27,603 nt of DNA. Origin: Paraphysomonas bandaiensis (lineage: Eukaryota > Protista > Chrysophyceae). Below the pieces are notes generated by a model. That model did no database searches. It was given only the letters and a program-made list of their open reading frames with translations, and was not told where the DNA came from. Where the stretch lies: positions 1-27,603 of the forward strand of contig CBFFRP010000573.1 of assembly GCA_965644295.1 (NCBI GenBank), in the 5' to 3' direction. The translations under genes and the position numbers were made by a program. Each line of letters begins with the position of its first letter. Position 1 is the first letter of the stretch. Shown in pieces: positions 1 to 10,493 of the stretch.

Positions 1-655
1 TTTCTGCGTAATATTCTTCGGTGCGGGAAGGTATACTCTCATCTGTGAGTATGTACACACGTAATTACCTTATCGGTTGCTGGGAGATACACCTGGTAAT
101 CCAACTTTATCTTCCGAATATCCCACTAGGTATCCAATCTTTGATTTATCGTCCCAGTCCTCTTCGCCTGTCCGCCTTAGGTGTCAATATATAAGCTTTG
201 CACCCCCATACTCTAAAATATTTCAAACTGGGTGGCTGACCTGTGACATACTCATATGGGGACATGTATCCTCTGTCCGTCCTTGTAGGGAGTCTGATCA
301 GTGTATAGCGAGCAGCATGATACGCGTCTAACCAGAATGGAACCGGTAGGCCTGACTGCAACAACATCGCCAACGCCATCTCTGATGCAGTCCTGAATTT
401 TCGCCTCCCTCTTACTGCATTCATTTCCGGACCATCTGTTGAAGACCAAGTATGTTTGTAGCAGCCTTGTGATCTCAAATAGCTCCTAAGTTCTTGATTT
501 ATGAGTTCTCCAGCTCCATCAGCGTGGCAGTGGTCCACTCTCAGCTTATATTGCCTAATCTCTCCTTCGAACACCCTCTCTAAAAAACTGAATCACTTTC
601 TTCTTTAGTACGCTGGTTTACGCCTTTTACCCAGAACATCCTACTCGGGTGATGA
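1..655 (-). mobile_element. Ty1/copia integrase fragment (frameshifted, truncated at the telomeric array, runs off the window start)
   Basis: ORF 146..574 has HADGAGEL, PEMNA, SGLP.PFW.DA, NRLPT-like IRLPT, SPYE and FRVWGCKAY, the rve core and following region of copia integrase. Broken frames continue to about 655 (HPSRMFWVKGV..). The order is colinear with the integrase of the full element at 20600-21100. Confidence 0.92.
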
Positions 656-664
656 GTTAGTTTG

Positions 665-1953
665 CCCTAACCCTAACCCTAACCCTAACCCTAACCCTAA
701 CCCTAACCCTAACCCTAACCCTAACCCTAACCCTAACCCTAACCCTAACCCTAACCCTAACCCTAACCCTACCCTAACCCTAACCCTAACCCTAACCCTA
801 ACCCTAACCCTAACCCTAACCCTAACCCTAACCCTAACCCTAACCCTAACCCTAACCCTAACCCTAACCCTAACCCTAACCCTAACCCTAACCCTAACCC
901 TAACCCTAACCCTAACCCTAACCCTAACCCTAACCCTAACCCTAACCCTAACCCTAACCCTAACCCTAACCCTAACCCTAACCCTAACCCTAACCCTAAC
1001 CCTAACCCTAACCCTAACCCTAACCCTAACCCTAACCCTAACCCTAACCCTAACCCTAACCCTAACCCTAACCCTAACCCTAACCCTAACCCTAACCCTA
1101 ACCCTAACCCTAACCCTAACCCTAACCCTAACCCTAACCCTAACCCTAACCCTAACCCTAACCCTAACCCTAACCCTAACCCTAACCCTAACCCTAACCC
1201 TAACCCTAACCCTAACCCTAACCCTAACCCTAACCCTAACCCTAACCCTAACCCTAACCCTAACCCTAACCCTAACCCTAACCCTAACCCTAACCCTAAC
1301 CCTAACCCTAACCCTAACCCTAACCCTAACCCTAACCCTAACCCTAACCCTAACCCTAACCCTAACCCTAACCCTAACCCTAACCCTAACCCTAACCCTA
1401 ACCCTAACCCTAACCCTAACCCTAACCCTAACCCTAACCCTAACCCTAACCCTAACCCTAACCCTAACCCTAACCCTAACCCTAACCCTAACCCTAACCC
1501 TAACCCTAACCCTAACCCTAACCCTAACCCTAACCCTAACCCTAACCCTAACCCTAACCCTAACCCTAACCCTAACCCTAACCCTAACCCTAACCCTAAC
1601 CCTAACCCTAACCCTAACCCTAACCCTAACCCTAACCCTAACCCTAACCCTAACCCTAACCCTAACCCTAACCCTAACCCTAACCCTAACCCTAACCCTA
1701 ACCCTAACCCTAACCCTAACCCTAACCCTAACCCTAACCCTAACCCTAACCCTAACCCTAACCCTAACCCTAACCCTAACCCTAACCCTAACCCTAACCC
1801 TAACCCTAACCCTAACCCTAACCCTAACCCTAACCCTAACCCTAACCCTAACCCTAACCCTAACCCTAACCCTAACCCTAACCCTAACCCTAACCCTAAC
1901 CCTAACCCTAACCCTAACCCTAACCCTAACCCTAACCCTAACCCTAACCCTAA
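665..1953. repeat. Telomeric (CCCTAA)n array, about 215 units, oriented as the left telomere of the sequence to its right
   Basis: Directly visible. One 5-nt unit (CCCTA) near 770, otherwise perfect. Confidence 0.99.
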
Positions 1954-2157
1954 TCGAATAGTTTGGTCTAATTACAGTGTACCGACTTGGGAGTCTTGGA
2001 AGACAGTGCGAGGTTCAGAGGCATTGCTAAGATACCTGAGGTCCCACTCTAACTATCTTGTTCGGGCCCTATTACCCAAGAGGGGAAAGAAGCGCTCCAG
2101 GTCAGTTGATTCGACGGAAGAAGATGCCCAGTCTGAGGAGGAGGGCTCGTCGAGTTA
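1954..2157 (+). pseudogene. C-terminal part of a chromodomain from a Ty3/gypsy (chromovirus) pol, 5'-truncated by the telomere
   Basis: Manual translation from 1955 gives RIVWSNYSVPTWESWKTVRGSEALLRYLRSH...SSS*, matching the chromodomain pattern V.W.GY...TWE.....AL..YL. A polypurine tract and TGT follow downstream. Confidence 0.75.
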
Positions 2158-2326
2158 GTTTAGGGATTATGAGTTTTGACGGTTAAAATCCGCTCTGTCC
2201 ATGTAGTGGACACCTATGATAAGGTTCTCGTAAGTCAGAATAATGCTTGGAGTGAGATGTAGGGTAGTAGTGGTGATTTTTTTTTTAGGAGTAGTAGTTT
2301 TCGTAGGCTAAATGCCGGGTTTTTTC

Positions 2327-2550
2327 AAAAAAAAAAGGAGGGAAGGGGTAGTGTGGCTTGAAACCCCTGCCTTTTGGGAAAACCTTAGGTTTTTAGATTT
2401 GCGATCACTCTCCTTCAGGGATTGCTTTGGGCACATCCCTTCAGGATCGTGATATAGCGATAGGCAGTTGCTTCATGCCAGTCTATACATACATGATTCT
2501 TATATGCATAATAACCATATATTCCTAGTCTTCTTTCTCTTGGTGTCTGT
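2327..2550 (+). mobile_element. Polypurine tract and start of the gypsy 3' LTR (right boundary uncertain)
   Basis: A10-GGAGGGAAGGGGTAG is immediately followed by TGTGGC at 2352, downstream of the chromodomain stop. No second LTR is present for comparison. Confidence 0.6.
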
Positions 2551-2551
2551 C

Positions 2552-4564
2552 AGCTACGGGGTAAAAAAAATTAAAAAATATCCCACTTTTACGAATATTT
2601 GGATCACCGTATAACGGCCTTGCCGAACAAAAAATGTTCGGAAAATCGGTTTATCTCCACCGTATAATTATGATATCTAGAATATCTCGATTTTACGAAC
2701 ACATTATTGTTCGGCATTTTTTTACCGTTTGGCCACTATCGCCATTCAAACCATACAACACCAATGCCCATAAACTGCAAGAACAAAGAACTTAGAACAA
2801 ACAAAGAACTTAGAACAAACCAAGCACAATGGATATTATTAGAGAGCAAAGTGAGTTCAGAGATGAGATTGCACAGCAAACCAAGCAGATGCGGTTAACG
2901 GATAGCACCCGCAGGCAATATGCAGACAGGGTCAGGGCCTTTGCACATTGGCTTGATGAGCATTACCCCGCCTGTACCTCATTTCGATGACACTAATGGC
3001 CCGGTTCTATCCGTTGAAGAATGGGAAGACATACTGCCTGGCTTCACATCATTCTATCCTGAGAATTTTAGAGTGGCTTTGCCTTATCTTCTTGCTTCGC
3101 TGGCATATCATCATGACTGGCTATTAGAAACTCTTTCACCAAATCATCCTCTGTTTCTTCAAAGAGTTTGGACAAGTGGTATACTACAACGTCTACGACC
3201 GAAAGTATTAACTGGTGTGTTTCGAAATGATGTGTCAAGAATGAATGCTACTGGTGTTCCACCCAATGTGATTCTAGCTAATCGTATGTCGTCGCTGGAA
3301 GCAAATGTCGGGAACTTATCTAGAGATATGCGAGGAATGCAAACGACATTACCGGAAGCATTGTGTACGAGAATGCTTGATAAGTTTACAGTTAATGGCG
3401 CGGTGCCAATAACTAGTACCGACATCGATAGTCTACGTGAAACACTTTTAGAAGAAATCAGAACAAGATGTACTCCACATAATGTGGAGCAAATATCTAC
3501 ACAAGAAGAGCAATCCACATCACAAGAGAAGCCTGGATTTTACACATGGGGAGGGCACCATCATTTGTTTCCAGAGGGCTTTCGTTTTCCAAAAGGTAAC
3601 ATAAAAATGCTGTGGGATCTGTGGTGGGGGGGAGAACCTCAGAGACATATATTACCCTACAGAAAAATCAAAGGCTTCGATTTATCCCGAACTGACCGGG
3701 TAAACTGGAGTAAATGTACCTGCATCATGAACGCACTAGTCTCCAAGGGCATAGAGATGAACGAGATCGGAGCAGTAGAGGATATTAGTAGCCTACTACC
3801 ACGACAAAGAGATGCGTTATTCAGCAAAGTGTTTATACCTTTCTGTATGAACATATTCGCGGTTGCTAATCCCGTTCTTCTCGATGATATAGGCATCGGA
3901 AAAATGTCATATACGACATTCTACGATTACATGAAGGGCCGCAAGAGAAATAAACGTAGACGGAATGAAATGGAGCAAACGGAAGAAGATAATTGACTGG
4001 CACATGTCTCTGTTTGTGTCGTATATACGTGAGGGGGTCTGTGAGACTATTAACAGTCACCTTCACGTATATACATGAACAGACATCGCATCAATGGAGG
4101 GGTTGATGAGAATATGACGCTCAAGTAGATAGCTATCGGCTTCTGGTGTAGATATCATCTTGTTTCATGGCACTACTGACAGTTTAAAGTAACATATAAA
4201 GATGAACGTTAGATGACATACACATACAACACCATTCTACAACAGTACTCTACCACAATTATACAACAGTATACAGCAGTAATACTACATAATACCGTTC
4301 TGTTCGTATACTGTTCGTAAAAGCGGACCTTCTATAAATATATCAGTAAACGCAGAATACCCACATTACTCTAGTAATAAAAGACGACCTTTGCCTAAAA
4401 AAATTATTCTCATAAGTTATGAGCTCAAAACGCTCACAGAGCCGTATTCACTGTATTCTATGTATTCTATATCAAGAATAATGCGCGATGGTAAACTTAC
4501 TTTTTTTGATTGGCTTAAATTTGATTGTTAAACAGATCCACACCTCAAATGGGTAAGGAGCTAT
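2552..4564 (+). mobile_element. Crypton-type (tyrosine recombinase) element, non-autonomous deletion derivative; boundaries tentative
   Basis: Contains YR N-terminal and C-terminal coding parts. AGCTA occurs as a direct repeat at about 2552 and 4559. Subterminal TTTTACGAA motifs on the left are mirrored by TTCGTAAAAG near 4314. Confidence 0.55.
2829..3996 (+). pseudogene. Crypton tyrosine recombinase lacking its catalytic core (53-aa N-terminal frame 2829..2990 plus out-of-frame C-terminal ORF to 3996)
   Basis: The N-part MDIIREQ..LTDSTRRQYADRVRAFAHWLDEHYP resembles a YR N-terminal helix. The C-part has PHF, ALPYLLASLAYH.DWL...L...HPLF, M.ATGVPP and YTWGG..H.FPEGFRFP..LWDLWW.G, recalled from stramenopile Crypton proteins. 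No R-H-R-Y catalytic segment lies between them. Confidence 0.7.
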
Positions 4565-4578
4565 CGGGGGACAGCGTA

Positions 4579-4632
4579 TAACCCTAACCCTAACCCTAAC
4601 CCTAACCCTAACCCTAACCCTAACCCTAACCC
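4579..4632. repeat. Interstitial telomeric tract (TAACCC)9
   Basis: Directly visible; preceded by GGACAGCGTA at 4569..4578. Confidence 0.97.
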
Positions 4633-5329
4633 TCCTCCATAATGATAACAATATAAATGTACAACAATGAATATAAATATGTATGTCTACAATTACAATG
4701 CTATCTACAAGCAATTTCAAGAGTGAGGAAATTGCATCTTATTATCAATAATTTATATAAACACTACCTACGATTCCGTGATCAATGGAATGAACATCAT
4801 TCATATTCAATACCAAACACATCAGTCTAACACAGTTGATCATAATAACTCATTACAACTGTATAAGGGAAGATACATTCAGTATTCTCATTGTAGTTGA
4901 AGCCTTGTATGCGTACTTCTAAGTACAATCAATCCCCAATAAGCACTGAAGGAAATACGTAATGTATAACTGTATTACTGGATAATCTGGCAATACACAT
5001 CTATCAGTGTGGATATCAAACCCGGAATTCTCCAGTAAACTTCTCCAGCCTTAAAATCAAGATATATATATATCATCCATCATCATTATCATCATTATGT
5101 CTCATTATTGATAATCATGTCTTTCTTTGTCTTTTGAATGATTATGTAAATATCAATGATAAGTATGAAATGTCATAGTCATAATATATCGTATATCTTA
5201 GTGTGAGTTATGACAATAATAATAATATTCAATCTATGTTGTACAAATAGTATGTACAAACCTAAGCATATACAACAGAGAGCTTGTAGAATAGAATAAC
5301 CTGATAGCTGGTTATTACAGGACAGCGTA

Positions 5330-5356
5330 TAACCCTAACCATAACCATAACCCTAA
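5330..5356. repeat. Degenerate interstitial telomeric tract TAACCC-TAACCA-TAACCA-TAACCC-TAA
   Basis: Directly visible; preceded by GGACAGCGTA at 5320..5329. Confidence 0.85.
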
Positions 5357-5429
5357 TAAAAAAAACTTTCGATTTCAGCTTGATTACACAAAACACATAT
5401 TGACAACACAGCAGTATGAACACTAACAG

Positions 5430-8400
5430 CTATATCAGCACAGTTTCGTCAGTCAATATGTTTGACATTTTGTCCGCATCAATGGCATAATTTACTCTAG
5501 CAGCTACCGCGCATGGAATATCAATATGACAGCGCTGTTGAATGATGCAGTTGTCTAACTCCATAATAATCTAAACGAACAATCAGTTAGATGGTCATCC
5601 ATTAAATTGAGGTAGACAATAACATACATCAGAAAAAGATGGTCTAGACGACGGATCAGCACACCAGCATTTCTCAATAAGTGAATAGAGCTCTGCATTG
5701 AGTTTTATTGGGGTGAACTAAATGAGAAATGTCAGTTTCACCTGAGGGAATACCAACTGGCATGGGAGGGCGTATATTCCTTTTGCACATCAGCTCTTCA
5801 GCAATTCTCATATCACTTATTTCAATCATAGTGAGGTCATCATCAGAAACAAGTGGAAAATCTCCGCCTCGACGTTCGGATATGCGATTCCTCTCAAAAA
5901 CTGCCGTAGGGGCGGAGTTGCTCTGTGAAGAATCAGGGGAATGCTTTGAGGGTTTTCCCCCAGCATATAACTCAGCTGGAACAATTAAACTTCCTGCAAT
6001 AGACTTCCTAGCGCTCACATGAGGGGCTGACGTATCAGATGATATCGCTACTTCCCTGTCAGGGTCTCCACTGAAGCTTCTAGAGCGTGATCTATGCTTG
6101 GATCTTGTTGTGTTAGTTTGTGAACGACTCTGATCACCTTGTCTAATGGAATATTCATAATTATATTGCCTTTACACAAGCAACTTACTTACTTTTGGGT
6201 CTTTTCCTGTGTTCGCTGTTTTGCAGGTGTTGCGCCCAGGGAACTCGAGTGGCTAAACACACCAAGAAACGACGAACCCTGTGATTGATGGGAAGCTTCT
6301 TTCCCACCACCCCGCTGCTCGCTAATTATCTTGAGTAGAGGGTGATCAAAAGTGGATGCATGACATCGCACAGAGTCCTCTTGCAACATTGCAACGGAAA
6401 TCATAACAGATGGGACGCGCCAGGTAAGTAGCTCCCATAGCACGATCCCAAAACTGAACACATCTGACGCCTTGCTTGCACCTTGACCCAAAATCATCTC
6501 AGGAGCAGCCCATCCTGCAGTTCCCATCTCACCCACACCACCTGATTTACTGGACAAAGAGTGGGCTTTGTTGGCACCAGATCTATCGATAATGCTTTCT
6601 CCGAAATCAGCAATCTTAGCGTTGAAATTCTCGTCTAGCAACACGTTCATCGACTGGGTAGCGCAAACATAAAACTATAAAAAGCATTTTCTATTAACAT
6701 TACCTTGAGGTCTCGGTGGGTAATGTTTTGAAAATGTAAATAGTTCATTCCGTTGGCGACCTACGTAAAATATATTACATAATATATCATTAAAACACTC
6801 CCCGAGTGGTACCTGCAAGGCACACAACAGTGGTTCAAATTCATTAGAATTCGCATTCAGGGTGGATTTATGCAGGAGACTACTCCGCAAACTAGGCAGT
6901 TTCGACGTGCCTATTCCTCCTCTCCAAATACTGCGTTGCGTACTTCGATTGGGCTCTTCGATCCCATCGTCAAGCTTGCTTTGAGCCATGGGGTTTTTTA
7001 CAGCTGCCGGGTCGTGGTCTGAGCCATCCGTAGCAGTCGTTGCTCGGTAGCTTTGTATATGATGAACATCAGTGACTAGCATGGATGCTCGGTTAGTGGT
7101 ATTAGCGCCAGAAGGAAGCACAGGTAAAGGACTCATTTCAGTGCTGCCGCCAGTCCCAGCTGAACGTGTACTTCCCCTGGAGGCCAATCTCTTCTCGAAT
7201 GCTTCTCGCTCAGCTTGAAGTTGCTTGAACACATCACCATTAGAGCAGAACTTCATAACGATGCCTAGAGACGGTGGGTCCACCAATACACCATAAAAAT
7301 CGACAATATTCTCGTGCGCCAAACGCTTGAAGATATTGGCTTCCGCTTTGAAAAATTTTATATTATCCCTTGTCAGAAGATCAAACTTGAAACGCTTTAC
7401 GACAGCTAGCTTCCTACGCCAGAGATGAATTTCTACACTAACGTCAACCTGTTCCATTATTTTAGATCGGTAGTAGAGTTCGGTCTTAGGGATGACAACA
7501 TCTTTGTAATTTGGAAGCTCTGACCAAGTCATCTGCTTGTAAATGAGCAGGACATATGTCACACGTACCCTGAACCACATACCTCATTGGTGTGGTGAAT
7601 CAACTGATCTTCTTCATCATCGTCTACATCAGTGCTCCAATACTGACAGTCTCGCTTTAAAGTAAGATATACCACAGGGCCAAAACTAAAGAAGTGGGCG
7701 AGCTCCGATAAATCTAAAGCACATATACCTAAACGAGAAGTAAAATTATTCCTCATAGGTAGGCCACTACATACGCACCGAAGTTAGCAAGCTGGAAATC
7801 TAATGACAGCTGACATCCACGACTTATCACAAGGGCTGTATATATCGCGATCATGTACTTGCTGTACCGAAGAATTGCATATCTATCGGAATTGGTGTAT
7901 CGAAAAAAAGCTAAGGCCAAAATGTTCATAACTACAGTGAGACATCCTCGCACTAGTAATGAAATCTCCATGTTACGGCTAATCCAATAATTAGACTCTG
8001 GCCCCGGCTTATAGACAATAATAAACAGTCCTGTGAAAAATGTAGTGGCCGCCCAAAAACTGTTAAGACATGGTAAGCGACAACCATATATTCCATTAAA
8101 AATCACCTGGCCACAAACCAAGCACGATAAAAGTTATTCTTCCCGATCGATGACGAGCATAACAGCAATATAACAAGCAACTCTACAAAACTTGAAACAG
8201 CAAAACAAAAGCAATGCGCCACTGCGAACATACGTTCGTCGCTTGTATTTAAATCATTCTTTTCGTCATCTTTGGTGTTTGTAACATCAAATATCATCAA
8301 CGCTCCCCAGCATATAGTCCAGCACCCCTGGTACACACTTGCCATCACACCAAATACACAAATATACAGTAACTTACCACCAACATCATTAAGCTCATAT

Positions 8401-8659
8401 GAACATCAATATTAATCTGTCGAAATATATTCCATTATATTAACACGTAAAGTGGCATTGAGTGTACCGTATTCTTCGTGTAGCCCGCTAATGCTCTTCT
8501 GTGGTTCTTGTTCATTTTACTGAGAACGTATACGAACATCGCAATACATAATAAGCCCTTTATGATGTTGACGAAAGAGCCAAAACACTCATATCTTTGT
8601 GGTTTGGCTTTATGCAACTCATAGCAGTATCCATGCTCCATAACATACTTACTGCTCAT
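5430..8659 (-). CDS. Seven-transmembrane (GPCR-like) receptor fused to a TKL-family protein kinase, 11 exons
   Basis: Ten GT-AG introns of 47-57 nt (e.g. 8417..8467, 8328..8377, 8060..8106) join the ORF pieces into one frame. It has seven hydrophobic segments ending in YLTLKRDCQYW, then VVK, HENIV.FYG, HRDLKSMN (split by an intron), DFG, GTAGWAAPE, DVFSFGIVLWEL and CW..DPSSRPSF. Stop TAG at 5430..5432. Confidence 0.88.
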
Positions 8660-8802
8660 TTTGATATCAAGGAATTGATAAGTTGTAACCCCAACTTAAA
8701 TATGCACCACAAATACTTCGGTGCTCTGTAGAGGTTAAGTATTGGGAGCGTTGTCTGTTGGTCGATCAACTAACTATCAATCCACTCGCTCCGATCTATA
8801 GC

Positions 8803-8941
8803 TGTGTTGTTGCTGTGTTGTTGCTATGTTTGTGTGTATGTGTTGTGTATGTGTGTATGTGTATGTGTGTGTGTATGTGTGTATGTGTATGTGTGTGTGT
8901 GTATATGTGTGTGTATGTGTGTGTGTGTGTATGTGTGTGTG
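8803..8941. repeat. Compound (TG)n/(TGTA)n microsatellite upstream of the kinase gene
   Basis: Directly visible; it accounts for the spurious CVCV and HTHT ORFs. Confidence 0.95.
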
Positions 8942-9313
8942 CCAGGAAGCCTACATATTCGTATTTGGATGTAGGTAGGGCAGTATGTACACCAGAATAC
9001 AGTATCCACACCAACAAGCATAGATATCGCTCAGATCATCATACACTGCAGTATCTAGATATGCTATCGACGTATATCTCCATCGTGGTTAGCATCAGCA
9101 TCCTGTCGATGCCACTTCATCATTGTATTTTTCATTCGTAGGAACACAAACTAGATAAACACAACTATACCAGCCAGTATAACTTCTCTATTTAGCAACG
9201 ATGACACAATTCTGTGTTGCACGAATATCCACGACTGCTGCTGCAGGAAGCTAGTCATTATGAGTATATTATCACTAAAGGTACTACACTGCCAAACAAA
9301 GACTACCTACTGC

Positions 9314-9880
9314 TTACTCATCCGCTGAGCCATCTTCGGTGACGTCATCATGACCCCATTCATTCAAAATTGATTAATATGCATGTATCGGTCGCAAGTA
9401 ACTGTTATCTTTCAGAAGCAATGTCTTATACAGTGCAATGTCGCAGGATAAGTTTAGCTGTGCTGAATATGCGTTCATATGTATTGGAATAACTGACTAC
9501 ATGACTCCTGCACCTGTACTTAGATGTCTCCTTTTTTGTAGTTTAGTTGGCCTGACTGATTTGATCTTTCCGCATAGCCGGTGACAGCGGCATCGTCAGA
9601 TTTCTTGACAGCACTATCGGGATGGGTATATAATATGACATATTCTTTCTCACAACTTGTCTACTCGTTTTCAAAATTTGGGTCATTAACAATGAAACTG
9701 ATATCGAAATGCTCATATCGGCTTTCTTGCGAGCAAAGAGAACCATGTCTTCATTCTTCGTATGCCTCATTCCCCATGAGGCGGTCTACTTGCCGAAGTA
9801 CAGGTCTATTTCTTCTTGTTTTACTGATAAATTCATTGGCACCAAGACTAAGTCGATGAGATGCACACCCAACTGCTGTA
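9314..9880 (-). pseudogene. Decayed hAT-superfamily transposase fragment
   Basis: Broken minus frames give VGCASHRLSL (CxxH motif), a damaged N.TRW.S-like segment, DPNFE and SNTYERIFSTAKLIL (hAT dimerisation ER.FS motif), in the expected order. Confidence 0.78.
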
Positions 9881-10392
9881 TACCTATATATTTGAAGGAA
9901 ATACGTTCGTAGTAGTAAATATAAACTATAAATAGTATATACTAGATACCAGCGTTGTGTACAATATATATTATGTTACACTACATTGTAAGTTAATTTC
10001 CCAACGATACTCTTTCTAAACGATCGAAGAATATATATTTAATTGGACAATATCAAAATATTATTCCTTATTCTCAAACTCTCATTCCAATAGTGTGATA
10101 GAATCAAAATAATTACTAAGCTGTAGTTATTACTATTACTCGGGGGGCACAATAGACAGTAATATAGTAGACACCGGGAAAATATAGTACTTAGTTAGCC
10201 TGATCACGCCACATCAAATTATCAAATTGCCTTCTCATCCGAGCTACCACGATATCACTCGCTACCATGTTAGAATTGGACATTACACTGAAGTTAGCCT
10301 TGCTTTGTTGAACACAATGTACTAACAATTGAAAATTATAATTATTAATCTGTATACTTCACTACATATGCATGTAAATATATATAAATATG

Positions 10393-10493
10393 GTGTTACT
10401 AAGTTGTTACTAAGTGTGAATAGAAGTAAGTGTTACTAAGTAAGTGTTACTAAGTTGTTACTAAGTGTGAATAGAAGTAAGTGTTACTAAGTG
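10393..10493. repeat. Subterminal tandem repeat of the foldback arm (51-bp unit x2, six TGTTACTAAGT cores); mirrored at about 14202..14302
   Basis: Directly visible. Confidence 0.9.

Noticed and set aside
4472-4720. ORF with RVRVRV run
   Set aside because: It is a translation of the (TTAGGG)9 tract.
5280-5380. Hammerhead ribozyme or telomerase RNA gene at the second junction
   Set aside because: CTGATAG does not match CUGANGA, no properly placed GAAA core is present, and no promoter was recognised.
8435-8450. In-frame stops in the kinase 5' region suggesting an alternative genetic code
   Set aside because: All are removed by GT-AG introns of about 50 nt, and RPL15 and the kinase use standard stops.
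8758-9141. CVCV and HTHT ORFs
   Set aside because: They are artefacts of the TG microsatellite.
10388-10395. TATGG at the foldback ends as CryptonS termini
   Set aside because: Crypton terminal repeats are direct, whereas these are inverted and simply part of the arm symmetry.
10393-10493. CRISPR-like repeats
   Set aside because: Eukaryotic context with tandem duplication, no unique spacers and no cas genes.
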